Below are positions 39,457 through 52,063 of a stretch of DNA of 64,000 nt, one piece after another (the stretch's first letter is position 1; every line of letters begins with the position of its first letter). The stretch is taken from positions 192,001 to 256,000 of the forward strand of contig CAXXKA010000001.1 in NCBI GenBank assembly GCA_963668625.2, given 5' to 3'. The position numbers and the translations under genes are program-made. The DNA is from an uncultured candidate division Zixibacteria bacterium. Its GTDB lineage: Bacteria; Zixibacteria; MSB-5A5; UBA10806; 4484-95. Below the pieces are notes generated by a model that saw only the letters and a program-made list of their open reading frames with translations, ran no database searches and had not been told where the DNA came from.

Positions 39457-40620
39457 ATGGCAAAAAATAATTTTTTCTTCACTTCGGAATCTGTGACTGA
39501 GGGACATCCCGATAAAGTCTGTGATCAGATTTCCGACGCGGTACTGGATGAGGTATTGAGAAGTGATAAAAAAGGTCGCGTTGCTTGCGAGACTTTTATC
39601 ACTGTCGGCCTGGTAATCGTTGGCGGTGAGATTACCACGAATACTTATGTCGATATCCAGGGCCTGGTGCGACGAGTAGTTAAGGAAATCGGCTATACCG
39701 ATTCCAAGTATGGGTTCAATTATAAAACCTGTGCGATTCTAAACGCTATCGGGATGCAATCTCCCGATATCGCTCAAGGGGTCAATCGCGGCGGCGCCGG
39801 CGACCAGGGCTTGATGATCGGTTTTGCCACCAATCAAACAAAAGAGCTGATGCCCTTGCCGATTATGCTTTCTCATGAGCTCACACAGAAACTCGCAAAG
39901 GTGCGAAAGCGGAAAGTGTTGCCGTATCTCGGTCCCGATGGCAAAGCCCAGGTGACCGTAGAGTTCGAGGATGGTAAACCCAAACGAGTGGATACCGTAC
40001 TGGTATCGTGCCAGCACACCGATGATATTCTCGATAAATCAGGCAAGAAAATTACCAATAAAGCCAAAGAGGAAATTATCGAGAAAGTTATTTTAAGTTC
40101 CGTGCCTAAAAAATATCTCGATAATAAAACCAAATACCTGATCAATCCGACAGGCAAGTTCGTCATCGGCGGCCCGCAGTCCGATACCGGCATGACCGGC
40201 CGCAAGATAATCGTCGATACTTACGGTGGCTCGGCTGCTCACGGCGGCGGCGCTTTCTCCGGTAAGGATCCGACCAAGGTGGACAGGTCAGCCTCGTACA
40301 TGGCCCGCCATGTCGCAAAAAACGTGGTGGCCTCCGGTCTGGCGAAGGTTTGCCATGTTCAATTGGCGTATGCTATCGGCGTTGCCCAGCCGGTCAGCGT
40401 GCTAATCAATACCAGAAATTCCGGCAAAGTTCCGGATAGCCGCTTGACCCAACTGGTCAAGAAACATTTCGACCTGACGCCGCTGGGTATTATCGATTAC
40501 CTGAAACTGCTTAAACCGATTTACAGGAAAACGGCCGCTTACGGACATTTCGGGCGCAGCGAAAAAGAATTCACCTGGGAAAAAACCAATATGGCTAAAA
40601 CGCTATTAAAGGATGCTTAA
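39457..40620 (+). CDS. metK: S-adenosylmethionine synthetase
   Basis: [26 protein letters not shown]. Confidence 0.98.
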   Translation: MAKNNFFFTSESVTEGHPDKVCDQISDAVLDEVLRSDKKGRVACETFITVGLVIVGGEITTNTYVDIQGLVRRVVKEIGYTDSKYGFNYKTCAILNAIGMQSPDIAQGVNRGGAGDQGLMIGFATNQTKELMPLPIMLSHELTQKLAKVRKRKVLPYLGPDGKAQVTVEFEDGKPKRVDTVLVSCQHTDDILDKSGKKITNKAKEEIIEKVILSSVPKKYLDNKTKYLINPTGKFVIGGPQSDTGMTGRKIIVDTYGGSAAHGGGAFSGKDPTKVDRSASYMARHVAKNVVASGLAKVCHVQLAYAIGVAQPVSVLINTRNSGKVPDSRLTQLVKKHFDLTPLGIIDYLKLLKPIYRKTAAYGHFGRSEKEFTWEKTNMAKTLLKDA

Positions 40621-41878
40621 TATGAAATACGATATCAAAGATATCAAACTGGCCTCGCAAGGTAACCTGAGAATCGAATGGGCGGAAAGATTCATGCCCG
40701 TACTGCGATTGATTCGGGATCGATTTAAAAAGCAAAAACCCCTCAAAGGTGTCAAGATGGCATGTTGTCTTCATGTGACAACCGAAACCGCAAACTTGAT
40801 GATTACCTTGAAAGCCGGCGGCGCCGAGCCTTATCTGTGCGCCTCCAATCCGCTTTCTACCCAGGATGACGTAGCCGCCTCGCTGGTGAAAGACCACAAA
40901 ATCCCGGTGTTCGCGGTCAGAGCAGAAAACAACAAGAAGTACTACAGCCATATCAACAGCTGTTTGGATGCCAACCCGATTATCACCATGGATGACGGCG
41001 CTGATTTAGTCAGCCAGCTTCACAGCAAACGCAAAAAACAGGCTGATACGATCATCGGCGGCACCGAGGAGACTACCACCGGTGTTATCCGCTTGAAAAG
41101 CATGGAGCAAAAAGGCGTGCTGCTTTTCCCGATGGTGGCTGTCAATGATTCTAAAACCAAACATTTCTTCGATAACCGCTATGGTACCGGTCAATCCACC
41201 ATCGACGGTATCCTTCGCGCTACCAACGTACTCTTAGCCGGTTCGACTCTCGTTGTCGCCGGTTACGGCTGGTGCGGCAGAGGACTTGCGGCCAAGGCCA
41301 AGGGTATGGGCGCGGATGTTATCGTGACCGAAATCGATCCGCTTAAAGGTCTCGAGGCTACCATGGATGGTTTCCGGGTGATGCCGATGAATCAGGCTGC
41401 CAAAATCGGTGATATTTTCGTCTCGATTACCGGTGATATCCATGTCATCGATAAAAAGCATTTCGAGTTGATGAAGGATGGCGCAATCGTTGCCAACTCC
41501 GGTCATTTCAATGTCGAGATAAACACGGAAGCGCTCAAGAAGATGTCACGCAAGGTACGCCAGGTTCGTCCCAGTGTCGAGGAGTTCACGGTCAAAGGCG
41601 GCAAACGCATATTCCTCCTGGGTGAGGGACGGCTTATTAATCTCTCGGCCGCCGAGGGACATCCAGCCTCCGTTATGGATATGAGTTTCGCTAACCAGGC
41701 TCTGGGCGCCGAATATATGCTGAATAATGCCGACAAACTTGAGCGTAAAGTCTATCCTGTACCTGCCAAAATAGATGATAATATTGCCATGCTGAAACTC
41801 AGGGCAATGGGTGTTAAAATAGACAAGCTGACGGCCGAACAACAACAATACCTGGCCTCGTGGGAGATCGGCACCTGA
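40613..41878 (+). CDS. ahcY: Adenosylhomocysteinase
   Basis: [29 protein letters not shown]. Confidence 0.97.
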   Translation: MLNMKYDIKDIKLASQGNLRIEWAERFMPVLRLIRDRFKKQKPLKGVKMACCLHVTTETANLMITLKAGGAEPYLCASNPLSTQDDVAASLVKDHKIPVFAVRAENNKKYYSHINSCLDANPIITMDDGADLVSQLHSKRKKQADTIIGGTEETTTGVIRLKSMEQKGVLLFPMVAVNDSKTKHFFDNRYGTGQSTIDGILRATNVLLAGSTLVVAGYGWCGRGLAAKAKGMGADVIVTEIDPLKGLEATMDGFRVMPMNQAAKIGDIFVSITGDIHVIDKKHFELMKDGAIVANSGHFNVEINTEALKKMSRKVRQVRPSVEEFTVKGGKRIFLLGEGRLINLSAAEGHPASVMDMSFANQALGAEYMLNNADKLERKVYPVPAKIDDNIAMLKLRAMGVKIDKLTAEQQQYLASWEIGT

Positions 41879-41937
41879 TCGCATAACTCGTTCTTGACAG
41901 GCCTCTTAAGCATAGCCAAATTCGCCTCTGAAATATC

Positions 41938-41967
41938 AACCGCGACTGAAACAGTCGCGGTTTTTTT
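41938..41967 (+). terminator. Intrinsic terminator after ahcY
   Basis: AACCGCGACTG-aaa-CAGTCGCGG-TTTTTTT. Confidence 0.8.
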
Positions 41968-42052
41968 CGTCCTTTTATTTAAAGAATATCAAGCGTATTA
42001 AAAATCTTCCGACAATAAATACAGAATTTGAATTTTTAAGGAGGATAATTTG

Positions 42053-42256
42053 ATGCCTACTGGAGTAGTGAAGTGGTTTAACGACAAGAAAGGCTTCGGA
42101 TTCATTAAGCGCGAAGAGGACGACAAAGATGTATTCGTGCATTATTCTGTCATTAAAGAAGAAGGCTATAAATCATTAGCCCAGGGACAACTTGTTGAGT
42201 ACAATTTTATCAAGGGCCCTAAAGGACCTCTGGCTACGGAAGTTAATAAATTATAA
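42053..42256 (+). CDS. Cold-shock domain protein
   Basis: [22 protein letters not shown]; AGGAGG SD. Confidence 0.95.
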   Translation: MPTGVVKWFNDKKGFGFIKREEDDKDVFVHYSVIKEEGYKSLAQGQLVEYNFIKGPKGPLATEVNKL

Positions 42257-42303
42257 ATTGTTAAAAATCACTGACTAGATAACTTCGATTATTATTTTGA
42301 GAG

Positions 42304-43389
42304 CTATTTTCGGGCTTTCAAAAACATGAATAAGCCGATTATCAAAAAGATTATATTTCCTATCGTTGCCGCCAGCAATGGCGGTAACGACCCGTCATAA
42401 CCGAACGTTTGGCCGGTTCTTAAAATAATAAAATATATAAAGCTAACGATAACGCTTATACCGAATCCGACAGTTCCACCCGATCGACGGGGATTGGCCG
42501 CCATAGGGATACCCAGGAATATGATGATGAAATTGGCGAACGGAACGCTGAATTTCAGGTATAGTTCCACCATCTCTTTTGAGACATCCTGTTTCATCCA
42601 TTTTTTCATCTCGATAATCTCGAGCAACTCCCAAAAACGAGTTTCCCTGGGATTATCCTGGCGATGTTTCATTACGCGGGGAGTATGGGGTAAGAAGGGT
42701 GTCATCAGCGTATCGTAGGAGGCATATTCGGTCTCGACTCCCGCATCGAATAGCCTTTTGGTAGCTGATATCAGCTCCCAGGTCGAATCTGGCTCTATCC
42801 ATGTCATCCTAACCGCCCGCAATGCTACCTTGACCTCATTTTCCTGGATCTGCTGTATGATAACGTTCTCGCCGTAATTCTGGCGTTCGTTATACAACCG
42901 TGCGAAAACGATCCAGCCATCCTTGCCGGCTTTTATTACATTATGACGAACGCGTCCTATGTTGGTATCACGCTTCTCTATCTGCTCGCGCTTCAACTCC
43001 GATTTTTTCACACTCGCAGGTACGCCTATAACATCGGTGAATACTATAAGCAGCAATGAAATGCAAAAACCGGCTGCAAGTATAGGGAATGACAGGCGGT
43101 ACAACGATAACCCGGTGGCTTTCATAACCTCTAACTCATGATACTTAGCCAGTCCGCCGAAAGTGAACATCGTGGAAAGAAGTACAGAAACCGGCAGGGC
43201 GAGGATGATGATAAATGGTATGAAATAGATATAGTTCAATATAATTACTTGTATCGTGGCGTTGTGATCAATGAATTTATCGATATTCTCGATAAGGTCG
43301 ACTATTATCACTACCACGATAAATGAAAGAAGCGATATAGCTACGAGTTTCAGGAAATTGAATAGAATATATTTATCTACTATTTTCAC
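42304..43389 (-). CDS. lptG: LPS export permease LptG
   Basis: YjgP/YjgQ topology, ELEVMKATGLS; paired with lptF. Confidence 0.88.
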   Translation of the reverse strand: MKIVDKYILFNFLKLVAISLLSFIVVVIIVDLIENIDKFIDHNATIQVIILNYIYFIPFIIILALPVSVLLSTMFTFGGLAKYHELEVMKATGLSLYRLSFPILAAGFCISLLLIVFTDVIGVPASVKKSELKREQIEKRDTNIGRVRHNVIKAGKDGWIVFARLYNERQNYGENVIIQQIQENEVKVALRAVRMTWIEPDSTWELISATKRLFDAGVETEYASYDTLMTPFLPHTPRVMKHRQDNPRETRFWELLEIIEMKKWMKQDVSKEMVELYLKFSVPFANFIIIFLGIPMAANPRRSGGTVGFGISVIVSFIYFIILRTGQTFGYDGSLPPLLAATIGNIIFLIIGLFMFLKARK

Positions 43390-44735
43390 TTTTTCGATCC
43401 CGCGAACAACTGCATTATAAGGTCCATGCCCTCCACCGTGGTGCGCTTGTTAACCACGTAAGTGAGGTAAAAACCGAAAATGCCAATAACGATATTCGGT
43501 AACCACATCGAAAGCGCTCCCGAAAGGTACATCCTGTCGGCAAGCTCCTCGCCGCCTATGAGAAAAGCCCAGTATATGATGAAGAAGAATAGCGACAATC
43601 CGATACTGGTAGCCATACCACCCTTACGGGTCATCACCCCCAGAGGCGCGCCGATGAGTACGAATACTATACAGGCGACCGGGATCGAGAATTTTTTGTG
43701 TATCTCTACGCTTCTCGAATTGACCTGCTTTTCGTAAGTTTTGTGGTTTCGCTGCTCGTATTCTATCTTACTGATTAAATTCTCCAGCTTCGTGATTTCC
43801 TCGATCAGCCCGCCATATACTGATTGAGATCGCTTGTTTTCTTCAACCTCGTTACTGACATTTAAAAGAGTTTCTATATCGGAATTAACCACACTATCGA
43901 TTTTAGCTAATGTGCTGTCGGCTTTTCTCTGGTATTTGCGGTTATACTCCAGCATCATTCCGACTGACATCTCCCTATCGCCGCGCGAACCCTCGGACGA
44001 CCTGACAAGCTCGTTCGACTTTCCCTCTATTGTCATTGTCTGTTTCTTGAAATGTACGCGGCGATAACGCTCGATATCTTCGGGATCGGGCTCGTGTATT
44101 TCCCCGTCGTACAAATCCAGCACCAGCCGCGAGCCATCCGGGGAGAACCTTATCTCGCCGGTCTTTGCCGTGATAGTCCTGGGTGTTTGGGGATCTTTAT
44201 GTTCGAGAATCGTAACATCGCCGATTTCGTTGGTTTCGTTATTCACCTTTCGCACGAGTATGTGGTAGCCGTCGAAGTAATCCAGAAATATGTTTTCCTC
44301 GATACTCCAGGTAGGCTTTTTGCGAGTGATGTCGGACATCAGGAGACGCGCGCGATGATTTGATTCGGGCAGGATTCTATCGTTAAATAGCATCAGAATA
44401 GCGGCTAAAATCATGCCGAATAGTATCCCCGGTTTCATCAGGTTGATAAGCGATACACCGCAGGCTTTGAAAGCTATTACCTCGCTATCCGAGGAGAGAC
44501 GGCCATAGCCCATCAAAGCGGCAATCAGCACCGCCATCGGTACCGAAAGTGCCAGCATCCAGGCTAAGCTGAGCGCGAACACCTCTAGTACTACATTGGC
44601 CGGTAATCCCTTGTTGATTATCTTCTTGAGCACATCGAGGATGAAATCCATCAACAACACGAATGTGATAACTCCCAGGCCGAAAAAAAACGGCCCGACC
44701 AGTTCCTTTATCACGTATTTCCAGATAATTTTCAT
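43386..44735 (-). CDS. lptF: LPS export permease LptF
   Basis: RLSSDSEVIAFKACG, EIHKKFSIP; start at ATG 44735 (MKIIWKY). Confidence 0.88.
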   Translation of the reverse strand: MKIIWKYVIKELVGPFFFGLGVITFVLLMDFILDVLKKIINKGLPANVVLEVFALSLAWMLALSVPMAVLIAALMGYGRLSSDSEVIAFKACGVSLINLMKPGILFGMILAAILMLFNDRILPESNHRARLLMSDITRKKPTWSIEENIFLDYFDGYHILVRKVNNETNEIGDVTILEHKDPQTPRTITAKTGEIRFSPDGSRLVLDLYDGEIHEPDPEDIERYRRVHFKKQTMTIEGKSNELVRSSEGSRGDREMSVGMMLEYNRKYQRKADSTLAKIDSVVNSDIETLLNVSNEVEENKRSQSVYGGLIEEITKLENLISKIEYEQRNHKTYEKQVNSRSVEIHKKFSIPVACIVFVLIGAPLGVMTRKGGMATSIGLSLFFFIIYWAFLIGGEELADRMYLSGALSMWLPNIVIGIFGFYLTYVVNKRTTVEGMDLIMQLFAGSKK

Positions 44736-44742
44736 CCCTGCC

Positions 44743-44771
44743 ATTATATCGGAAGCCTTACTTTTTAACAA
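44743..44771 (-). promoter_or_regulatory. sigma70 promoter, probably giving a leaderless lptF mRNA
   Basis: Minus strand TTGTTA-N17-TATAAT, then 7 nt to ATG. Confidence 0.55.
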
Positions 44772-44889
44772 GGGCTTTCTATCTCTCGTTTTATGATTTA
44801 TAGGCCTATTTTTGAAAAATGTTTTGTTTTTTAGCGCTTTTTTTTGTATGTCTTTAATGAGTTACTAATCATTGAATAGGGGCCACTAT

Positions 44890-45855
44890 ATGAAACAGAC
44901 ATGGATCGAGGAGTTAAGGCCGGGTACGGATGTTAAAGAAAAATTCGTTGTACGGAAAATAGAGGTAAGAGAATACAGCGGTAAAAAATACTTGAGCCTC
45001 GAGTTCGGCGATAAATCCGGACGTATTGGCGGCGTATGCTGGGAGGCCGCCGATGAGTATCATCGTACGATTAAAAACGGCAATGTTGTAACAGTCGAGG
45101 GTAATGTTGGAACATACCGGGAGATGCCGCAAATAACGGTTGTGGCAATGACCCGGGTTGCCCAGAAAGACTACGACCCGCTGGATTATTTACCCCGGGG
45201 GCCGCATGATCCTAACCTGATAATAAAGGAGATCGACCAGATAATCGATGAGGTGCAGGATATACATTTTAAAAGCCTGTTAACCGAGGTATTCAATGAT
45301 GGTATACTGAGGCGGCAGTTTATTTTCTCGCCGGCCGCTAAACTCTGGCATCACTCGTATGTCGGCGGTCTGGCGGAGCATACGTTGAATGTAACCAAAC
45401 TATGTATTATGGTTTGCGAGGTATATAATAATAACGATATCGATAAAGACTTACTAATAGCCGGGGGGCTGTTGCACGATATCGGCAAAGCGGAAACCTA
45501 CTCATTAGACAATTTCTTCGATTACACCGATGACGGCCGCCTGCTGGGCCATATCGTAATTGCTGACCGACTGATCAGCAACAAGATAGCGAGGTTAAGC
45601 GGATTTCCCAAAACCAAACAGAAGTTGATAAGACACCTGGTGCTATCTCATCAAGGAGAATACGAACAGGCATCTCCGGTCTTGCCTCAGACCCTCGAGT
45701 CTAATATATTGTATGTTCTTGATCTTCTGGACTCGCGAGTGGGGGGCATCCTCAAGGTGATGCAAAAATCCAGACAACCGGGACAAAGATGGTCGGGATA
45801 TGTGAAATTGTTAGAGAGGTATTTGTACTTTGGAGACAACCCGAAAGAGGATTAG
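44890..45855 (+). CDS. YhaM/Cbf1-like OB-fold + HD-domain exonuclease
   Basis: PAA..HH...GGLAEH, LLHDIGK, LLGHI. Confidence 0.88.
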   Translation: MKQTWIEELRPGTDVKEKFVVRKIEVREYSGKKYLSLEFGDKSGRIGGVCWEAADEYHRTIKNGNVVTVEGNVGTYREMPQITVVAMTRVAQKDYDPLDYLPRGPHDPNLIIKEIDQIIDEVQDIHFKSLLTEVFNDGILRRQFIFSPAAKLWHHSYVGGLAEHTLNVTKLCIMVCEVYNNNDIDKDLLIAGGLLHDIGKAETYSLDNFFDYTDDGRLLGHIVIADRLISNKIARLSGFPKTKQKLIRHLVLSHQGEYEQASPVLPQTLESNILYVLDLLDSRVGGILKVMQKSRQPGQRWSGYVKLLERYLYFGDNPKED

Positions 45856-47558
<1,703 letters not shown>

Positions 47559-47763
47559 CCTGTTCGGTGAAGATGTTATGATTAAAGAGCTTGAAACGGG
47601 TTTCGGGCAAGCCGGTTAATCGGGCATGATCGAGAACTATTTGAGCTTCTCCGATGTTATATTCAGACAGAAATAGGTAAATGTATTGAAAATTGACTTG
47701 TTTGTTGGGCTGTTTTGTGTTAATTATTAGGCCTTGATGGAAATTAAAAAGAAAGGTGATTGA

Positions 47764-48072
47764 ATGCAATTTTTGTTGTTAATGGCTCAACCCGAGGGCG
47801 GGGGCGGCGGTAATCCTCTTACTATGTTATTACCGTTCGTGCTTATTTTCGTTATTTTCTACTTTTTCATGATTCGCCCTCAACAGAAAAAGCAAAAAGA
47901 GCATCAAGCCATGATTACATCACTTAAAAAAGGTGATAAAGTTGTAACCAGTGGCGGGATGTTCGGCACTATCTGGGGAATCGACGAGAAAGAAAATAAA
48001 GTAGTCTTGAAAGTCGGCGATGATGTTAAAATCGAGTATTTAAAAAGCTCAATAGCAGGTAAGGTGAATTAG
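47764..48072 (+). CDS. yajC: Preprotein translocase subunit YajC
   Basis: FYFFMIRPQQK, GDKVVTSGG. Confidence 0.95.
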   Translation: MQFLLLMAQPEGGGGGNPLTMLLPFVLIFVIFYFFMIRPQQKKQKEHQAMITSLKKGDKVVTSGGMFGTIWGIDEKENKVVLKVGDDVKIEYLKSSIAGKVN

Positions 48073-48073
48073 T

Positions 48074-48592
48074 ATCAGCAAGATTATTCCTATCAGGATT
48101 TACGGTGATGATGTACTCCGGGAGGTCTCGGAGGAGATCGAAAATATAGATGGTGAATTAGTCGACTTGATGAAAGCGACTATTTATACGATGCAAGATA
48201 ACAAGGGTTTGGGGCTGGCCGCCAATCAGGTGGGTATACAAAAACGCTTTTTTGCTATCGATATGTCTTATTTCGATGTTGTCAAGCCACCGATGGTTAT
48301 CGTAAATCCTAAAATCACGGAGCTTTCGGATAACAATATTTTTGGCGAGGAAGGGTGTTTGTCGTTTCCAGGATTATTCCAGGAAATTGAGCGCCCCGAC
48401 AGGGCCATAGTGCAGGGGCTTGATATCGATGGTAACGAGATCACTATCGAGGCAAATGGTTTCGTTGCCCGGGTTATGCAGCACGAGTTCGACCATTTAA
48501 ACGGCAAACTTTTTATCGATCATTTATCCAAAATAAAAAGAAGCTTGATTCGCGGTAAACTGAAGAAGATCAAGGCCGGTGAGTCGGTGTAA
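48074..48592 (+). CDS. def: Peptide deformylase (start probably ATC 48074 or ATT 48068)
   Basis: GLGLAANQ, EGCLS, QHEFDHLNG; IYGDDVLR N-terminus lies upstream of the first TTG. Confidence 0.95.
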   Translation: MSKIIPIRIYGDDVLREVSEEIENIDGELVDLMKATIYTMQDNKGLGLAANQVGIQKRFFAIDMSYFDVVKPPMVIVNPKITELSDNNIFGEEGCLSFPGLFQEIERPDRAIVQGLDIDGNEITIEANGFVARVMQHEFDHLNGKLFIDHLSKIKRSLIRGKLKKIKAGESV

Positions 48593-49521
48593 TGCGATTG
48601 ATATTTATGGGTACGCCCGAGTTCGCTATCAAATCTCTTGAAACGCTTCATCGATCCAAACATGATATCGTTGCAGTAGTTACTGCTCCGGATAAACCGC
48701 GTGGCAGGGGACGGAAAATTATGCCGACCGCTGTAAAAAAAGCGGCTCTGGAGATGGGATTACCCGTTCTGCAGCCGTCAAACCTGAAATCTCAGAAATT
48801 CGTAGACGAGTTGAAGGATTTGAATCCAGATTTAAATGTAGTAGTTGCTTTTAGGATTTTACCGGAGGTTGTTTTTAAATTGCCCAAATATGGTTCAGTG
48901 AACCTTCATGGCTCCTTGCTGCCGAAATACAGAGGAGCGGCGCCGATCAATTGGGCGATTATAAATGGTGAAAAAACTACCGGCGTGACAACCTTTCTGC
49001 TGGATAAGAAAGTCGATACGGGAGCTATTTTGCTGCAGAAAAGCGTTGATATCAGTGCTGTGGATGATGCCGGAACTATCCACGATAAGCTCATGGATAT
49101 CGGCGCGGAATTACTACTGAAAACAGTTGATGGCATCGATGATGGTTCATTAAAACCGGCGACTCAAAACGATATTGAGGCATCACCAGCGCCAAAATTA
49201 ACCCCTGAGACAGGGAAAATTAACTGGAGTGAAAACTCCGAAAAACTTTTTAACCTTATCCGCGGGCTTTCGCCATACCCCGGGGCTTATGGTTATTTAA
49301 AATCTAAGAAGATAATAATACTCAAGTGTGATATAATAGGTGCGGATAATAATAAAAGACACGGTGAAATCATTGAGTCGGATCAGAAAACAGGAATTAC
49401 CGTGGCTTGTGGCGAAGGTGCGCTGAAAATTATTACACTTAAACCCCAGGGCAAGACTGAAATGGGTTCGGCCGAGTATGTAAGAGGCTATCATGTCGAA
49501 GTTGGAGACAGGTTCGAGTAG
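48592..49521 (+). CDS. fmt: Methionyl-tRNA formyltransferase
   Basis: FMGTPEFA, NLHGSLLPKYRGAAP. Confidence 0.97.
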   Translation: MRLIFMGTPEFAIKSLETLHRSKHDIVAVVTAPDKPRGRGRKIMPTAVKKAALEMGLPVLQPSNLKSQKFVDELKDLNPDLNVVVAFRILPEVVFKLPKYGSVNLHGSLLPKYRGAAPINWAIINGEKTTGVTTFLLDKKVDTGAILLQKSVDISAVDDAGTIHDKLMDIGAELLLKTVDGIDDGSLKPATQNDIEASPAPKLTPETGKINWSENSEKLFNLIRGLSPYPGAYGYLKSKKIIILKCDIIGADNNKRHGEIIESDQKTGITVACGEGALKIITLKPQGKTEMGSAEYVRGYHVEVGDRFE

Positions 49522-51082
49522 CAACGGAAAATTAGAAAAAGAAATATATGTAAATGTAACCGAGCATGAAACTCGAATTGCTATAAAAGAAGAAGGCAAA
49601 TTAGTCGAGCTTTATGTGGAACGTCCCGAACAGGAGCGCATAGTCGGTGATATTTACAAAGGCAGGGTTACTGCGGTATTGCCGGGTATTCAAGCCGCTT
49701 TCGTGGATATCGGCCTGGAGAAAGCGGGTTTCCTGCATTTCTCCGATATGTCCGACCATCGAGGCGAATCCGGTATACTTTCGGGTTTGGATGTGTTCGA
49801 TGAGGATGGCGAGGAGATTCCCCAGCGCACCAAGTACAGCAAGAAAACCTCTATAGCGACGGTACTCAAGAAAGATCAGGAGTTGCTGGTGCAGGTTATC
49901 AAAGAGCCGATCACCACCAAAGGCCCGAGATTGACTACCGAGATATCGCTGCCGGGGCGTTATATCGTGATGTTACCGGGCGCTCGTCATATAGGAGTTT
50001 CACGCAAGATATCCTCGTGGAACGAGAAGAAACGATTGAGGAAAACAGCCGGGGAATTTTTACCGGAAAATTTCGGTATGATTATCCGCACTGTAGCAGA
50101 GGGCAGAGATCGCAAGGATTTTGCCGCCGATACGAAACTTCTGACAAAAATGTGGAAGAAAATGAAGCGTAAGGTCGATAGCGCCGAGGTACCATCCCTG
50201 GTACATAAAGATATCGAGCCTACCACCGGCGTCATCCGCGATCTGTTCACTCCCGATGTTTCAAAGGTCGTTATCGATGATAAAAAAGAGTATCGTAAGT
50301 TCTTGTCATACCTGAAAGAGGTCGCGCCTAATCTCAGGAGCCGGGTGGAGCTGTTCAAAGGTGGCAAGCCGCTTTTGGATGAATACGAGATCGAGCCGGA
50401 GATCGAGAAGATGTTCTCCCGTAAAGTCTGGCTCAAGCGCGGCGGCTATATAGTAATAGACCAGACCGAAGCGCTGGTAACGGTCGATGTCAACACCGGC
50501 AGGTTTACCGGCAAGGCCAGGGTGGAGGATGCCATATTCGAAACCAATATCCACGCCGCCCGGGAGATTGCCCGCCAGATAAGATTACGCGATATCGGAG
50601 GTATCCTTATTCTGGATTTCATCGATATGGAGAATAAAGAGCATCGCCGGAAGGTATTCGAGGAGTTCAAAAACGCCTTAAAACGCGACCGCTCTCAGAC
50701 TTATATATCATCAATCTCTGATCTCGGCCTAATCGAGATGACCCGTCAGAGAATTAGGCCATCATTCATGTACACTTTATCCGATCCCTGTCCGGTATGC
50801 TCGGGTGTCGGTAGGGTGCTCTCGAAAGAGTCGGTAGCCATGAAAGTCGAGAGATGGTTCAAACGGGCGACTGCAGCCAGCGGCAAGGAGCATTATCAAC
50901 TGGTGGCCTCGCCCCAGGTGATAGATTTGCTGACCGATGGTATTGGCTCGAGAATTCAGAAAATGGAAAGACAGTTAAAATTAACTATAGATTTGATCCG
51001 CGATACATCCTTACACCCCGAGGAATTTCATGTGATAAATGCCAGGGATGAGCAGGATGTCACCGAGAAGTACAGGATTTAA
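49493..51082 (+). CDS. rng: Ribonuclease E/G family
   Basis: S1 domain, DVNTG, DFIDM, CPVCSG. Confidence 0.9.
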   Translation: MSKLETGSSSNGKLEKEIYVNVTEHETRIAIKEEGKLVELYVERPEQERIVGDIYKGRVTAVLPGIQAAFVDIGLEKAGFLHFSDMSDHRGESGILSGLDVFDEDGEEIPQRTKYSKKTSIATVLKKDQELLVQVIKEPITTKGPRLTTEISLPGRYIVMLPGARHIGVSRKISSWNEKKRLRKTAGEFLPENFGMIIRTVAEGRDRKDFAADTKLLTKMWKKMKRKVDSAEVPSLVHKDIEPTTGVIRDLFTPDVSKVVIDDKKEYRKFLSYLKEVAPNLRSRVELFKGGKPLLDEYEIEPEIEKMFSRKVWLKRGGYIVIDQTEALVTVDVNTGRFTGKARVEDAIFETNIHAAREIARQIRLRDIGGILILDFIDMENKEHRRKVFEEFKNALKRDRSQTYISSISDLGLIEMTRQRIRPSFMYTLSDPCPVCSGVGRVLSKESVAMKVERWFKRATAASGKEHYQLVASPQVIDLLTDGIGSRIQKMERQLKLTIDLIRDTSLHPEEFHVINARDEQDVTEKYRI

Positions 51083-51092
51083 CGAGGTAGTT

Positions 51093-51641
51093 ATGCCGCA
51101 GTACGATTACACACAACATTTGTTAGAGGTAGCCCGCTTGATGGAGCTTTCGGCCAGAACCGCGCCGAAATCGAAAGGCGAGGATTTCATAGAAATAAAG
51201 ATTCTTTCTGATAAGGATATTCCGAAGCTGGCATCGGCCATGCTCAAGTTCGGAGAGGATCGCAAGATGAAGGATTTCGATCGCGATTCCGATAATCTCA
51301 AAAGATCACAGGTCGTCATGCTAATAGGTGTTCATAAGGCCACGACCTTAGGATTAGACTGCGGCGCATGTGGTTTTGATACCTGTAAAGAACTGGAGAA
51401 TGCGGCCAAATCAGAATCGGATTTTCTCGGACCAAACTGCGCATTACGCCAGTTAGATTTCGGAATAGCTTTAGGTTCCGCTGTTAAAACCGCCCAGATG
51501 ATGAATGTGGATAACAGAATTATGTATCGGATCGGAGTTGTAGCCCGTGAGATGGAGCTGGTCGATTGGGATTTTGTTATGGGCATTCCGCTTTCTGCCT
51601 CCGGTAAAAATATCTTTTTTGACCGGGATAAGAAAAAATAG
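51093..51641 (+). CDS. DUF2148-like ferredoxin-containing protein
   Basis: ARTAPK, CGACGFDTC, GIALGSA, VDNRIMY, SGKNIFFDR; GAGGT SD. Confidence 0.8.
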   Translation: MPQYDYTQHLLEVARLMELSARTAPKSKGEDFIEIKILSDKDIPKLASAMLKFGEDRKMKDFDRDSDNLKRSQVVMLIGVHKATTLGLDCGACGFDTCKELENAAKSESDFLGPNCALRQLDFGIALGSAVKTAQMMNVDNRIMYRIGVVAREMELVDWDFVMGIPLSASGKNIFFDRDKKK

Positions 51642-51749
51642 CGCAACATTTTATAGTTTAGAGTGTTAAAAATTGTACTCGGATAGCCAAATGGCTTGAC
51701 CTGAGGCAATTTTGTATATATATATGCGATTTAACTTAAGGAGACGAAG

Positions 51750-52061
51750 ATGCGTGCAATAGTCGAAACAGGGGGAATGCAGTTCCCGGTAGAGGAAAAC
51801 GCTGTTATCCGCGTTCCCAAAATCAATACTGAAATCGGCCAGAAATTTGATTTCGATAAAGTTCTGCTCGTTAGCGGTAATGAATTATTTGCCGTTGGCA
51901 AACCGTACGTTGATGGCGCTACCGTGTCGGCTGAGATAGTTTCTCACGGCAAGGGCGAGAAAGTCATCGTATTCAAATTCAAGAGACGTAGAAAATACCG
52001 TAAAACAACCGGGCACAGACAGCAGTACACTGAAGTCAAAATCTTGAAAATTTCAGCGTAA
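51750..52061 (+). CDS. rplU: 50S ribosomal protein L21
   Basis: AIVETGG, FKRRRKYRKTTGHRQ. Confidence 0.97.
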   Translation: MRAIVETGGMQFPVEENAVIRVPKINTEIGQKFDFDKVLLVSGNELFAVGKPYVDGATVSAEIVSHGKGEKVIVFKFKRRRKYRKTTGHRQQYTEVKILKISA

Positions 52062-52063
52062 TT

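Noticed and set aside
51643-51667. GCAAC-N17-GTT upstream of rplU as a fourth ECF site
   Set aside because: Mismatched -35 and a spacer one base shorter than at the three other sites
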